A stretch of 63,749 nt of DNA, filler included, from Corallochytrium limacisporum Hawaii (GCA_002811645.1; 7 parts of 7 records of this genome joined end to end with filler, not necessarily neighbours in it); one strand, 5' to 3'; counted from the first letter of the whole stretch, positions 20,283-33,354 are shown. Notes: generated by a model not told the origin, from the letters alone. Made by a program: numbers and translations.

Positions 20283-21712
20283 GCAACAGGGGATCCTTGT
20301 ATCAATTACTCAAACATTGCCTTGCATAATTTTCCCATCATTTTATTCATAACATCATCCATCCGTACATGTAACATAATATAAATATATAGTAGCCAAA
20401 TCTTATCCTTGTCTTAGCTGATTCTTCGACCATGTCTCTGTGAGGTTTGATTTTAATGACCATGCTATCGCCTGGATTCTGGGCAACAACTCAAGATCCA
20501 TTTTCTCGAACCATCTCATGGGATCAACCGTTGAGCTGAGACGCCTCCGGGGAGGATCCGCATCACTCTTGATCACAATAGCAGCGTTGCATCTTTATTC
20601 TTCAGTCTCTTACACAATGCTTCGGATGATGACCTAGAAGGTAGCAAGCCTGGTCTAGGTGGAAAACAGGATACCAGTCACCATCGTCAGGCACATCAAC
20701 ATCACATGAGCTATTTGTCCCGTACCGTGACTACAATGGAAGAGCTCGTGCGCCACCTGGACGAACGGGAGTCCATTTCCTCCCCATCCTTGTTTCGTCC
20801 TTCCCGTCACCCTTCGGCCTCTCGCTCTGCTCGAATCCCCCGGTATGTGTGATTGCATGCTCTACATGTTTGTCTACCATGTTTTTGATACGCTGTGTGC
20901 CCGGTTTCTCATGCTCACCAAGGATCCATCGCACAGATGCGCATCTATTGAGTGCCATGGCTTTAACGGTATTCAAAAGAGTGGTATGCGCTGCCCCACT
21001 GTAAGTCTCCACAGGAACACCCCAAGGAAAGTCTCTCTCTCCCCCCCCCCTGTTCTCCTCCCAAGGCGGGAGAACACTGCAGAAGATATTATCGGATAGC
21101 ACATTTCCGTACTAATTTCTATACGAGGAGAAACAATCATTGTGCTGACGAGGTGTGAGAAGATCCGTCCATGTGATTTTGTCCTGTGCTGAACACTTAT
21201 ACTAAATATATATGCAGTCTCTGCCAAAGGTGGGCACCACTGCCGAAGGGCCGAGCGATAAGATGTTTGGTGGGGTGTGATTGTAGGTCAAGATTGTAGG
21301 CAAACATTGAGAAGCCGTCTACGCAAAGGGAAGTTTTTTGTAAACTGCGGCACTGGTACGACTATTATCAAATCAGAGAAGGATGGTGTGCGGATCAGGC
21401 GGGTCACCTGTCCACAAGATGACCTGGGACTCGACCGGGTGGGCGGAATCTGCGGCTTCGGCCGAAGATGGTACCACCCTCTGTCTGGTATGTTAGGGTC
21501 AAAACTCCGAAAAACTTGACTCCCGAGGATCTTTTTTAATCTTGATTGTATAATAACTTATATTGATTCCATTCTATTTCATTATATTTTGCTCTTTTTA
21601 ACAATCATAAAAAAATATTTCAATAGCTGATTCAAACGAAGAGTCCCTGCTACTCTCAAAAAAGGACTATTTTGACTTTGGCTTGACATTGAACACATCG
21701 TAGTCGTACAAA

Positions 21713-21812
21713 NNNNNNNNNNNNNNNNNNNNNNNNNNNNNNNNNNNNNNNNNNNNTTAATTAATTAANNNNNNNNNNNNNNNNNNNNNNNNNNNNNNNN
21801 NNNNNNNNNNNN
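21713..21812. other. Scaffold gap with artificial six-frame-stop linker
   Basis: N44-TTAATTAATTAA-N44. The identical structure recurs at 36603-36702, 54468-54567, 59649-59748, 60829-60928 and 62492-62591. Confidence 0.97.
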
Positions 21813-22015
21813 GAGAGAGCAGAGAGAGCAGAGAGAGCAGAGAGAGCAGAGAGAGCAGAGAGAGAGCAGAGAGAGAGCAGAGAGAGCAGAGAGAGCAGAG
21901 AGAGCAGAGAGAGCAGAGAGAGCAGAGAGAGCAGAGAGAGCAGAGAGAGCAGAGAGAGCAGAGAGAGAGCAGAGAGAGAGCAGAGAGAGAGCAGAGAGAG
22001 CAGAGAGAGCAGAGC
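21813..22015. repeat. (GAGAGAGCA)n 9-bp minisatellite with occasional extra GA
   Basis: About 20 direct tandem units running into the gap. Confidence 0.95.
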
Positions 22016-23198
22016 AAAAAAGCAAGGAAAACAAAAGGAAGAAGAGGAAAATAAATTGAAGAAAAAACAAAAAGAGAAAAGAATAAAATGAAATCAATTT
22101 CATCATCGCTGGGTGGGTCTGGCTCTAAGGAAACCCCCGGGTGAGGAAAGGCCCCCCCGGGGGGGGGTTGCCACCGGGAATTTGGAATGTGTGTGTGTGT
22201 GTGTGTGTGGGCATGCCTGCCTCTGTGCATACCAACGAAACCAAATATCTACCCACAAGTATTGAAAAACCCGCAGATATGTGGTGTTTTATCGTCTCAT
22301 TGATATCTTCCTACGCTACCACTGCCAGCGAGAACCCATTCTCGGGGTGGTGCGTGTGTTGTTGTTGTTCCCAAACGGGGGTTCGTTCGACTCTCTCGCC
22401 CTTTCTCCTTCCCACTTTGCCCGGTACAAATTAGCCCGCTTGCGTGTCCCACCCCTTGGTATCGGGGTACGCAGTTGTACGGCCAGCCGGATTGGGTTCT
22501 CGGAAAGCAACTGGGCATGAAGCTTGCAAAAGACACAGGGCCACCATATAGTTTGTATGGGTTGGCATTCACGTTCCCATCTTGGTATCCCTGTGGTGGC
22601 CAGAGTGTGCATGTGTGTGCATGCATGTGTGTGTGTGTGTGTTTCATGTTACGGAGAGCAAGAACCTCACAGTTGTGCGCATGAGGTTTTACGAGGAGTT
22701 TGGCATGGCTGGTGGTGTACCGGTGGAAGTGAACGCCACGGGTCTTTGCTCGGTTGGAAGTTTGAGGTGAAAGGCAGCAAGCCAAGCTCTACTAACCCCG
22801 AATCACCAGAAAGAAAACATTTTTTTGTATTTTTTTTTCATTATTTTTTTTCCCATTTCAAAATATTACCCCCCCCCCGGGGGGCTTCCTCCCTCCCCCC
22901 TCCTCTCTTTCCGCCGGAGTTTTCTTTGGAAAAGCCCGGGTAAAAATTGCCTACGTAAGGCTTCGCTCCGAACAAAATGAAAAAAAAAATAACCTTTCGG
23001 ACAAATAAAAAGAGTTGAAGGGGGGGGGGAGGGGAGTTCGGGGTAGGGGGCCCGCATACACGGAACTTGCCGCACTTAACCCAAAAACCACGCTTACTTG
23101 GGTCACCATGCGTGCCCCGTTTCCCGAACGGCTTTATCTCGCTCTCGCCACTGCGGCGAGTCAGGTTATACCAGCTGCACCACTTGTGCCAACTAATC

Positions 23199-23204
23199 CT
23201 GCTA

Positions 23205-23235
<31 letters not shown>

Positions 23236-23254
23236 CGGTGGTGGTGGTGGTGGT
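23199..23254. repeat. (CTG/CTA)n followed by (GGT)n compound trinucleotide microsatellite
   Basis: Directly visible in the sequence. Confidence 0.85.
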
Positions 23255-24112
23255 CTTTTGCCACACCCCATTCACTTCGTCCTAGGCATTCACTTAGTAA
23301 AAACTTAGGTCACTGAGAAAGAATTAAGGACTGGGTCACTCCCGTCATGCGAAACTTGACCCAAGGTGAAAACGGGAGGGTTGGGGTTCACGGGTGTTGA
23401 CTCCGCACACGCGCAGCGGAATGGACGATCCGGATTCGCACAGGTCCATAGGGTGTCGCGCATTCCGTAGATTCCGTCGCCAACTTTTTCTCTCCGCTCT
23501 GGGAGGGGTAGATGATGAACCAGATGTCATGCGGAGCAGTTGAAAGGGTGAAATGACAGCGTCGTCATAGTTGAGAGATTTCCGTTGACGCTGTGGCTGC
23601 AGATGAAGGAAACGACAGGATGGGGGAAGGTCGACATGCAAAGAACCGCAAATCGATGCGGGTTTGCACGGCAACTTTCTATATGTTCAATATGGAACTA
23701 CGACCTACGAACCAGGCGGGATTCATCCAGAGGGGTCTCTTTGACGCGGAAGATTTAACGTCTCGCCACCAAGCAAGGTGGGAGTGAGGGAGGGAAAAGA
23801 AGCGATAAAATTTCCGCCCACCCCCCCTTCTTTTCCTTTTATTCTTTCTCTCTTTTTTTTTTTTTTGTTTTGCGGTAGTGCATATAGCGGGAACGGTGGG
23901 CGGGGGTCGATAGTGTTCAGCAGCCACTGCTGACGAGCTCCAGGGTGGGGCTGGTGGGGGGGGGGCTCGGCCGGTTTCGCGAACGGTTGGGCCAGGCAGA
24001 TCACTAGGATTGCAGCCTTTCCGGTCCTTCGGGGGCCTGAAAAACGTCATTCCAAAGCGTTGTCTTTTGCGTCTTATCCAAACGACCTACCAATGTGTGC
24101 AGCCGCCGCCAT

Positions 24113-24155
24113 GTCAGCACACACAAATAAGATATTCGTGATATGGTATAAAAGG
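24113..24155 (+). promoter_or_regulatory. Conserved core promoter of the oxygenase paralogues (GTCAGC...TTCRTG..GGTATAAAAGG)
   Basis: GGTATAAAAGG at 24145, 28424 and 32201, 92-111 nt upstream of each ATG. Each is preceded by GTCAGC and TTC(G/A)TG at similar spacing. Confidence 0.7.
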
Positions 24156-24255
24156 ACCCAGCGAAATCGACGGGAAAGAGATTCTCACGCCACTCGCTAA
24201 AAGTGTAGAAAGAATCTTCTTTCGCTTATTTAGAGAACGATATTGATACACAAAT

Positions 24256-25301
24256 ATGGTGGCAGAAGATAAGTTTGCAGAAAACAAGCCTCGCTTGTCT
24301 CTGGAGGGTGTCAAGGAAGTCGATGCTCTGAGGACCAGTTGCTTCAACCACTTGGGAGACGAGGGAGTTCCTATTCTCGACATCGGTATGGCCTTCTCCA
24401 GCGAAGACAACAAGCTTCAGGCGGCCAAGGACTTGGAAATTGTTATGCGTGATGTTGGATTCTTTATGGTCGAGAACCATGGAGTTGACCAAGACCTGAG
24501 AGAGCGGCTGGACGCTGCCATTCGCAAGTTCTTCCATCTCCCTGAGGATGTGAAGGAAAAGTACCACCTGAATGAATCACTGAAGGGAACATGGGAATCT
24601 GTAACACAAAGAAGTTCAGGTCTGAAGGGTACATGGCACCGACTTGGCTGCAGTCTGATGACCAGAAAATATGGCCTGAAGAGGTGCCTGAACTGAAGCC
24701 TCTGGCGTTGGAGTATATTGAACAGTTGCGCGTAATTGGCTACAAACTGAACCGCCTGATCGCCCTGCGGGTAGGCTACGAGGATGATGAGGAGTTCTTC
24801 AATCGCGAGTACTTTGGCATTGACGGTCGGTACCCCGCCAATGAACTGTTTCGCATGAACTTCATTCCCAAAGGAACATGCTCCAACGCGGAAGAAGAGA
24901 CCTTTGGCATGGGTGAACACTGCGACTTTGGCTGGCTGACTCTGCTCAGCACGGACGGCCACCAGGGTCTGCAGGTCTTGAGCAAGAAGGGCGAATGGAT
25001 TGAGCCCGAGTACAACAAGACCCAGCTGATTGTGAATCTGGGCGATTTCATGAGGCGTCTGACCAACGACACCTACAGCAGCACACTCCACCGCGTACAC
25101 AACCCCAAGGGCAACGAACGCATTTCCTTCCCCTTGTTCTTCAATCCCTTCTATGAGATCACAGGGTCGGTGTTCCCGAAGTATGTCAAAGATGGCGAAG
25201 TACCGAAGTACGAGCCCGTTGCATTTGGCAAGTACATTGAGGCCAAGCGCGTAGAGATCTACGCTCGGGAACTGAACAAGAACCCATCGGCGGACGACTA
25301 A
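24256..25301 (+). pseudogene. IPNS/DIOX-family 2OG-Fe(II) oxygenase copy 1, with a 1-nt frameshift (pseudogene or assembly error)
   Basis: Split across ORFs 24256-24696 and 24591-25301. The paralogues read GGA TAC GTA GGA; this copy reads GGA -AC ATG GGA (T missing between 24588 and 24589). HCD, HRV and RIS motifs are intact. Confidence 0.85.
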
Positions 25302-25593
25302 GTGACCGCATTCTCGCTTTTAATGGACATGATTGCGATCCCAGCTATCTCCAAAACAATACCCTACTTCCCTAGCTTTTCATATTTTCATCAAATCCAA
25401 AATGTCAAACAATTACACCTTTTTTATGGCTTTTTTTTTCCTTTGCCACACATTTTCTAGTCACCGTCAAACAAAAGAAAGAAAGAAAGACAGAGCCCGT
25501 CGGTTTACTACGCCCACTTGCTCGCTTCCCATTTGACTCTCTCTCTCCCCCCCCTTTTTCCTCCCGTTCGGTTTGTGTTTTAACCCCAACGGC

Positions 25594-25595
<2 letters not shown>

Positions 25596-25625
<30 letters not shown>
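25596..25625. repeat. (AC)n microsatellite
   Basis: Directly visible. Similar (TG)n runs occur at ~22188-22208 and ~22626-22642. Confidence 0.9.
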
Positions 25626-25630
<5 letters not shown>

Positions 25631-28515
25631 ACGCAAACCCCCCCCCCCTCTTCTCCGGGGGGGCGACCCGACTTTTACTTTTTATTTCGTGGTATTTATT
25701 TTTTTTTTTGTAACTTTTGCGGGCCTCCCTCTCTCCCTTTTTGGGGGTCGCCAGTTTCTTTCCAAATATGGAAAGTGAGGCACACGCGCACTTCTCCCCC
25801 CCCTCCCTCCCCAGGTGGCTGGCCACTTAGGCCAAGTCCCCCCCCCCTTTCGCTCTCTCTCCCGCTCTCTCACTGTCTGTCTCTCCCTACAGCTTCTTCG
25901 CTTACCAACGGCCAGACCACCGGGCCACACGGCGGGGCCTCTTTCTCGGTGACGAGGGCCGGGAGGGGGTCAATTTTTAATCCACGGTTGCCCGGCTCTT
26001 TCGCCCCTAGCTCCAAGTCCGTGGGCCATGCTGGGGGAGGTTGAAAGTACCATTCGGACTCACGATTAGTATTCACGTTGCTCACCATTCAGTTACCATC
26101 ATCTCACGACCACCCACTCTGTGTACAAGAATGGCCCCTTGTCGACCCCGACTGCGCCACCACTCAATAGTTCATGGTCATGTTGCATTCTGAAGCAAAA
26201 TATACGGCAACCCGACACCATTCAAGCCACCCATCGTTTAGTGGCAATCGCGCTGAACATGATGAGGACTTGTGGTACGGACAGGTCTGACTATAACCCT
26301 ATGGTGTACTGTGCTTGATAAGAATTGGATAGGGTTCTATTACGCCAACGATACTTAGTTGACTGACCTGTCGAAACTTAGGTCCAGGAGTCCAGGAGTC
26401 AATGATGGACGGCATTGGCCCCAAAGAGCTACCGTAGACGAGCATTGTTATTTATCGTGACTCTGCTTTAGTCGGTTTATCCGAGCACTACCGGCACTTG
26501 ACAGTATTCAGGGCAGTCGATGCTTTTCCAGGGCACTCATTTGAAAGGCAGAAACCAGTGTCCTAGACTCATAAAGAAGTACGGCCTTCAAAGTTGGATG
26601 ATACGTTCAACCGAAGATCACCGTAACCATTCGACCGAAGAAGTGTGGCTAGTGATCTCCCGTGTCCACCTACGTTTTCTGGTCAAACAACACACAAAAC
26701 TTATCCGTGGACAGCGATAAATGTCCTCCTTTGTGCGCGTTCTGTCCCTTTCACTGGCGCGACTCTCGGGTCTGTCCACATAGTTGAGTGATTGGATGCC
26801 CAACGAGGTCACCGGAACTTTCTCACCGAGTTGAAATGGGGTTCATATTTAAAGACATGTTGACAGGGATCACAAAGACTCGGTGCAAGGCGCGCCAGAG
26901 ATGGGAGATCTAGTGATGAGTCCAGCGGTCACGGTTTGGCCTAAACAAACACAGAGCCCAGATGGGCTTTGGGTACACGCAGACGGTCCTGTCTTCCTGT
27001 TGGTGCTTTGCCATATTCGAGCTGAATGCTGACGATGACTATCGTTGATCCCACAGGAATTCACAGAAGACTTTAGGTAACTAGAGCACATGCGAAATAA
27101 ACCAGCTCAAGAATTTGCGTAGCGGGCTGTACTAGTTGTGTTATCCATCGCGAGTTTAGTAGGAGATGGAACATCACATCACCGGGCCCAGTTAAAGAAT
27201 CCAAAGACCCGATTAATCTAAACACATATCTCCTGAGAGATTTCTCACCTGCTGGACTTTGGTAGCGGGCAGTGGGCCGCGACATGAGCTGGTAGGATTC
27301 AGTACGCCCAAACCGACACTTTAATACCTCACTTCGTCACTGTGGTCTTCGACCGATTCCCATTTTTGTGCAGACGTGGCTCCTCCCAGACACTTTGTGT
27401 CGTGGACAAATCCTCTTAAAGGGAGAAAGATATTTACAGAATGCGCGATTGCGGGAGGAGAGTTTGGACCCAGTAGAAAATGTATGGCCCTGAAATAGCA
27501 AAGGGAACCCAAATTCGGCAGAAGAGCAATCGATACGGGCCCGCGTGCGGGGAAGTCCGCTCCCTTAACCGCGCCCAGGGGGTCGGGGGAAATGACGAAC
27601 ACGGACTGCAATGCTCTGCGCTAATAGACGGAACTGCTCGAATTCATCAGATGGGAGCATCATTTTGAATTTGGCAAGGTGGAAGTGACAGTCCCAGGGG
27701 AGAGGGGTACGTCTGTCACTGATCCAGCGATGCAGGTAGTCTAATGTTAACGAACGCCCTGTGTTGCACGTATCTCTGTTCGTCGTTGCCGGGGTATCCG
27801 GACGGATAATGCCCCTGTATAGCCAAACGAATCTGGCTGGGATAACTGTCGATCTTCCTCACACAGGTCGGAACTTTCCTCTGGGAGGTCTGATGTCTCA
27901 GGGACCAGTCCAACATCCCTCATTCTACAGAAAAAGCCCTACATTTGCTTGTTAGTTCCATCCTTACATTGGGTACATTAGTATTGCAATATACGTGCAT
28001 GACGCCGTGCGAAGTTTTTGCACAGCTTCACGGATTGCTCTGGACAAGAAAGAAGTTGCTCACCGGGTACTGCTACCAAAGCGCTGTTCATTGTGACACT
28101 TGATGATGCTGTTGGTGGTGTTTTTTTGTATGACATCTTCGATATTACAACATGTCCTGAGCTGAGCGAAATCAATATCATCAAGGTCAGGTCATTAACC
28201 TGGTGGACATGAAGGGGAGTGATTACAAATGCTCGGTTGTGGCGAAGTACGACGCTCTTTCCAAATCCCCAAGACCAGATAGTCGGTCATGCGTCAAGGT
28301 GTGGTTTTTATGGTTGCTCGTCAATGAGTGCGTTCGGCTCTCATGATAGGAAATAGTGTCCTGTTAGGACATTGCCTTTCAAAGTGTGCATGTCAGCGTA
28401 TGCACACCGAGTGTTCGTGACATGGTATAAAAGGGATCAGAACCGGGGTGGTCCTCACGAGCCTCCCTCGATTGGGGAATATCTTTCAACTATAGAGCTT
28501 GGTTGCAAATTCAAG

Positions 28516-29565
28516 ATGGTGGCAGAAGACAAGTTTGCTCAGGACAAGCCTCGCTTGTCTCTGAAGGGTGTCAAGGAAGTTGATGCTCTGAGGACCAGTA
28601 GTTTCAACCACTTGGGAGAAGAGGGAGTCCCTACTCTTGATCTCGGTATGGCGTTTTCCAGCGAAGCCAACAAACTTCAGGCGGCCAAGGACTTGGAAGT
28701 TGTTATGCGTGATGTTGGATTCTTTTTGGTCGAGAACCATGGTGTTGATCAGGATCTGCGGGGTCGCATGGAGGCAGCCATCCGCAAGTTCTTCCATCTG
28801 CCCCTGGAAGTGAAGGAAAGGTACCCCTTGGACGATGTAGCGCTGCGGGGATACGTAGGAGTTGGTAACACCAAATTCGCCAGGTCAGAGGGCTTTAACG
28901 CGCCAGTTTGGCTGGAGTCAGACAACCAGAATCTATGGCCAGAAGAGGTGCCTGAGTTGAAAACCCTGACACTGGCGTATAATGGGCAGGTGCGTGAGGT
29001 TGGCTGCAAACTGAATCGTTTAATTGCCCTGAGGGTTGGTTACGAGGACGATGAAGAGTTTTTCAACCGTGAATACTTTGGCATTGGTGGACGCTATCCC
29101 TCCCATCAGCAGTGTTGCATGAATTTCTTTGCCAAGGATGATGCCTTTAACGCTGCCGAGAACGCCTTTGGTATTCGTGCTCATTCCGACTTTGGCTGGC
29201 TAACTCTCCTCGGCACGGATGGTAATCCGGGTCTGCAAGTCTTCAGCAAAACGGGCGAATGGATTGAGCCCGAGTACAAGAAAGACCAGCTGATTGTGAA
29301 TCTGGGCGATTTCATAAAGCGCCTGACTAACGACACCTACAGCAGCACACTCCACCGTGTACAGAACCCCAAGGGCAATGAGCGCATTTCCTTCCCCGTG
29401 TTCTTCAATCCCTTCTATGAGATCACCGGGTCGGTGTTCCCGAAGTATATCAAAGATGGCGAAGTACCGAAATACGAACCTGTCGCATTTGGTAAGTACA
29501 TTGAGGCCAAGCGCAAAGCACTCTACGTTAGGGAACTGAACGAGAACCGAAGGGCGGGCAACTAA
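28516..29565 (+). CDS. IPNS/DIOX-family 2OG-Fe(II) oxygenase copy 2
   Basis: DIOX_N motifs VPTLDL, VGFFLVENHGV, FFHLPLEVK, RGY, NLWP. Catalytic AHSDFGWLTLL, GLQV, VNLGD, STLHRV, RISFP. Start aligned with the paralogues (MVAEDKF). Confidence 0.95.
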   Translation: MVAEDKFAQDKPRLSLKGVKEVDALRTSSFNHLGEEGVPTLDLGMAFSSEANKLQAAKDLEVVMRDVGFFLVENHGVDQDLRGRMEAAIRKFFHLPLEVKERYPLDDVALRGYVGVGNTKFARSEGFNAPVWLESDNQNLWPEEVPELKTLTLAYNGQVREVGCKLNRLIALRVGYEDDEEFFNREYFGIGGRYPSHQQCCMNFFAKDDAFNAAENAFGIRAHSDFGWLTLLGTDGNPGLQVFSKTGEWIEPEYKKDQLIVNLGDFIKRLTNDTYSSTLHRVQNPKGNERISFPVFFNPFYEITGSVFPKYIKDGEVPKYEPVAFGKYIEAKRKALYVRELNENRRAGN

Positions 29566-32292
29566 AGAGACCGCATCGTCGTTTTCGCAATCGATGGACT
29601 CCAAATGTACATGGCGATCTCAGCTGTCCAAAGCAATTCTCTACTTCTCTTCGTTTTTTTCGGCATAATTTCGTCAATGAATAAATCATAAGTCTCTCTC
29701 CCATTCTTCTTTACGTGCCAAAGACTTTCACACCAGAAATTCCAGGCGAAAAACATAGAGTCCGTTGTGAGCTGCCTTACGAGCCCAGCGGCGTTGCCCC
29801 CACCCCCCCCTTTTATCCCTCTCCCGCAAGGAAAAACACGGCCCCCCAGAGATCCCTATTTTCTTGCCAATTCTGGAGAGTAAAACGGCCCCCGTGCCGG
29901 CCACAGATCCCACCCACCCAGCACACTGGTTCATCCGCCCCTATCAAAGTGTGTAATCCCAAGCCCTCCACTATCTGCGGGGACTGTTCAGACCCACCCC
30001 TCGTTTCTCCTACCAAACCCCCGGGTCCACCAGGGCCACACAGCGGGTTGGAAAAATTTCCCCGGACGAGAGAAAAAGGGAGGCTTTTGGGGGTCCAATT
30101 TCTGCTGCTTACGTGGCATACTGGATGAAACGACAGGCTCGGGGACACAGGCTAGTCAATTTGTGTCGGAGTGCGCGCCTGTGTTTCCACACCCCCCCCC
30201 TCCCCCATTCCTCCGGGCCCAGGGGGTGACCTGCTCGTTCGAGCATTCGGCGCCATCTTGGTGGTTGAAGAGATTTGGAGTTTGCCTACCAAAGACCTGA
30301 TCAATTATCACTTTCATAGTGGTGGCGACCAAACTGAGATAGTCCTAATCTGTTCCCAATGATGTCAACAAAGAATCCGTTATGAAGGTGGACAGGCTGG
30401 AGTACATGCTAAACTAGCGCTGCGACCATAACATGGGTGTGATTGAATGGTTGGAATGCCAGTATGCGGGTCGCAGATTGCCAAAGTACAGATGGATAGT
30501 AGCCTATCCTTTCTACCCAATCTCGCTGTGTGAGAGTGTTTCGGCATTATTTTGCAACCGCCCCCACCCCCTTTTGGGGAGGTGGGAGCCTCACCGTTCG
30601 CATACACATCCTCCCTGAACCTTTCCGAAGATCGAAACATTGAGGGTCTTAGGGTTAGGTGCGCGGACGCGGGCACGGTCATTCGAACGTGGCTCTTATC
30701 TTTGGCATATTCCATATCGCGACCTCAAGACTTGCGAAAAAAAGAGATCTGATGGTTACATGCTTTGATGTAGTCGTAGTTAGCGCCCCGCTATGGCAAG
30801 CACTGCAGTCAAGATCAGACCTTCCGTCAAAGAGATGGATTCAGTTTCTTCCCCAATTAAATGTTCTACACAAATTGGAGCTCTCTCCTATCTACCCACT
30901 CTTGTGGGTAACCCCACCTGTCGTTTCTGCAGACACGTATAGCATCTCCGAAAGACTGGATCAGGGTTGGGGTACGCTCCTTGTGCATCGTAGTTGTGGG
31001 TCCACCGTGAGCATCAACTATGTAAGCCATGGATTGCGAGGTTGCCGAGGAGTGGGATCGGTTCAGCGGTTGTTGACGCAGCAAAGCTCAGCGACCTACA
31101 TGTCTGTTTTGCCGGTTGAAAACTAATGGTCGTGCCCCATTAGAGCAAAGTTTACGCAGAAAATCGCTCCCTGAGGCCGGCATCAGTTCTCATGCCGAGG
31201 TGTGGTTTGAAATAGAAAAGCATACCACCAAAAATAGGAATCTAATTCAACAATTCACAGTACCTAGTACCCGTCCCGGTGGTGGCATTCGCGCTCATGG
31301 CGACGGATCTGCTGATCGTCCAGCTCGGTTGGCGATGGAAACGTTCTGGTATAATGGCCGACCAGGAGAAACTGTAGGACCAACTGTCGCGGTGCAATCG
31401 GGCTACCACGTTACAAACACCGCTGAGCCCCAGTCCCTCCTTTGTTCGAGGGCTCCCTATGCCTAACTTGATCGGTAGCTACCACAGTGGCACGAGCCAA
31501 AACGGTACTCCAAACAGGCGACCGCACATTAACGGAGTCTTGTCTCTCATATCTTTGCAGTGATTGCACAGATGGTGTGTTTGCTTTTTGCAAACACTTG
31601 CTAGGAGGTCTTACCCGGCTGGGAGGCGCACTTCTGCAGCTTTTTTTAACTCACGACCCGAGATCGCCCTATGAAATGTACTATATAGTTTTTCTTCGGT
31701 GGTGCACACTTGCGATGGGTGCACGGAGGGGTAAGGCCCTCCCTCCTCCGTGCATCTTGGGGGGGAGTGGGGCCCTGGCTGATGAAGGGCGACAGGACGG
31801 AGGGAGAGAGAGGTATATCTCCGCATCTCAGAAATGACAAAAAATATCAATATAATAATTATTGAGGTTTTGCATTGGCAAGTCAGGGACAATTCATGGG
31901 GGTATCGACGTGGCAGCTGGCCACGACCAGGACGGCGACCAGCCGATTTTTTTTTCTTGTTTAGTACCCGCAAGGGACACGTCCTCCCCCACGGCAGGTA
32001 AGCACTCGCTGTGCGCATCGCAGGCCCAAGAGAGGAGGCCAGTCCGGTGCGCGACCTAGCCTGTAGTATCCTCAATGGCCCGCTCCAAAATGTGTCTACC
32101 TGTTTTCATCGCTTTGAAGGCCTGGAAGTAAAGACACTGAAGTGAAGTGCTGTGCTCCTCCCTGCGCAGGTCAGCTGACGCACGAAGAGATTCATGGTTT
32201 GGTATAAAAGGATCCAAGCTGCGGGCGGTCCTCACACCCTTTCCTCAACTGGCCAATATCTCTCAACTATAGAGCTTGGTTGCAAATTCAAG

Positions 32293-33354
32293 ATGGTGGC
32301 AGAAGACAAGTTTGCTCAGGACAAGCCTCGCTTGTCTCTGAAGGGTGTCAAGGAAGTTGATGCTCTGAGGACCAGTAGTTTCAACCACTTGGGAGAAGAG
32401 GGAGTCCCTACTCTTGATCTCGGTATGGCGTTTTCCAGCGAAGCCAACAAACTTCAGGCGGCCAAGGACTTGGAAGTTGTTATGCGTGATGTTGGATTCT
32501 TTTTGGTCGAGAACCATGGTGTTGATCAGGATCTGCGGGGTCGCATGGAGGCAGCCATCCGCAAGTTCTTCCATCTGCCCCTGGAAGTGAAGGAAAGGTA
32601 CCCCTTGGACGATGTAGCGCTGCGGGGATACGTAGGAGTTGGTAACACCAAATTCGCCAGGTCAGAGGGCTTTAACGCGCCAGTTTGGCTGGAGTCAGAC
32701 AACCAGAATCTATGGCCGGAAGAGGTGCCTGAGTTGAAAACCCTGGCATTGGCATACATTGAACAGGTGCGTGAGGTTGGCTACAAACTGAATCGTTTAA
32801 TTGCCCTCAGGGTTGGTTACGAGGACGATGAAGAGTTTTTCAACCGTGAATACTTTGGCATTGGTGGACGCTATCCCTCGAATCAACTGTTTCGCATGAA
32901 TTTCTTTGGCAAGGATCATATTACCAACGCAGCCGAGAAGAGCTTTGGTATTCGTGCTCACTCCGACTTTGGTTGGCTCACTTTGCTCAGCACGGACGGC
33001 AACCCGGGTCTACAGGTCCGCGACAAAAACGGCGAATGGATTGAGCCTGAATACAAGAAAGACCAGCTGATTGTGAATTTGGGCGATTTCATGAAGCGTC
33101 TGACCAACGACACCTACAGCAGCACACTCCACCGCGTACACAACCCCAAGGGCAACGAACGCATTTCCTTCCCCTTGTTTTTCAATCCCTACTATGCGGT
33201 CACGGGGTCGGTGTTCCCGAAGTATGTCGAAGATGGCGAAGAACCGAAGTACGAACCTGTGACATTCGGATCGTACATTGAAGGGAAGCGCCAAGCAGCG
33301 TACAGCAAACGCCATACAGACACCCCGTTGATTGACGGTGATGGAGAGAACTGA
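32293..33354 (+). CDS. IPNS/DIOX-family 2OG-Fe(II) oxygenase copy 3
   Basis: Same motifs (HSD..H..RIS). The 5' part is identical to copy 2 at offset 3777. Confidence 0.95.
   Translation: MVAEDKFAQDKPRLSLKGVKEVDALRTSSFNHLGEEGVPTLDLGMAFSSEANKLQAAKDLEVVMRDVGFFLVENHGVDQDLRGRMEAAIRKFFHLPLEVKERYPLDDVALRGYVGVGNTKFARSEGFNAPVWLESDNQNLWPEEVPELKTLALAYIEQVREVGYKLNRLIALRVGYEDDEEFFNREYFGIGGRYPSNQLFRMNFFGKDHITNAAEKSFGIRAHSDFGWLTLLSTDGNPGLQVRDKNGEWIEPEYKKDQLIVNLGDFMKRLTNDTYSSTLHRVHNPKGNERISFPLFFNPYYAVTGSVFPKYVEDGEEPKYEPVTFGSYIEGKRQAAYSKRHTDTPLIDGDGEN

Noticed and set aside
20790-20850. TCGAATCCC resembling a tRNA T-arm
   Set aside because: It lacks GTTC, and I could not build an acceptor stem, D-arm or anticodon arm.
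21757-21768. TTAATTAATTAA palindrome repeated six times in the window
   Set aside because: Always centred in N44...N44. It is an artificial scaffolding linker with stops in all frames, so ORFs ending in 'LIN' or 'N' there are artefacts.
21813-22015. Telomeric repeat, or the SAL/CSL-repeat ORFs
   Set aside because: The unit is a GA-microsatellite derivative, internal and unlike telomere repeats. The ORFs are by-products of a stop-free repeat.
24583-24591. Programmed -1 frameshift in oxygenase copy 1
   Set aside because: G GGA ACA is not a full X XXY YYZ heptamer, and the paralogues simply have the extra T.
28372-28515. N-terminal extensions of oxygenase copies 2 and 3 in the ORF track
   Set aside because: They run through the shared TATA element and are absent in copy 1. 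MVAEDKF is the common start.
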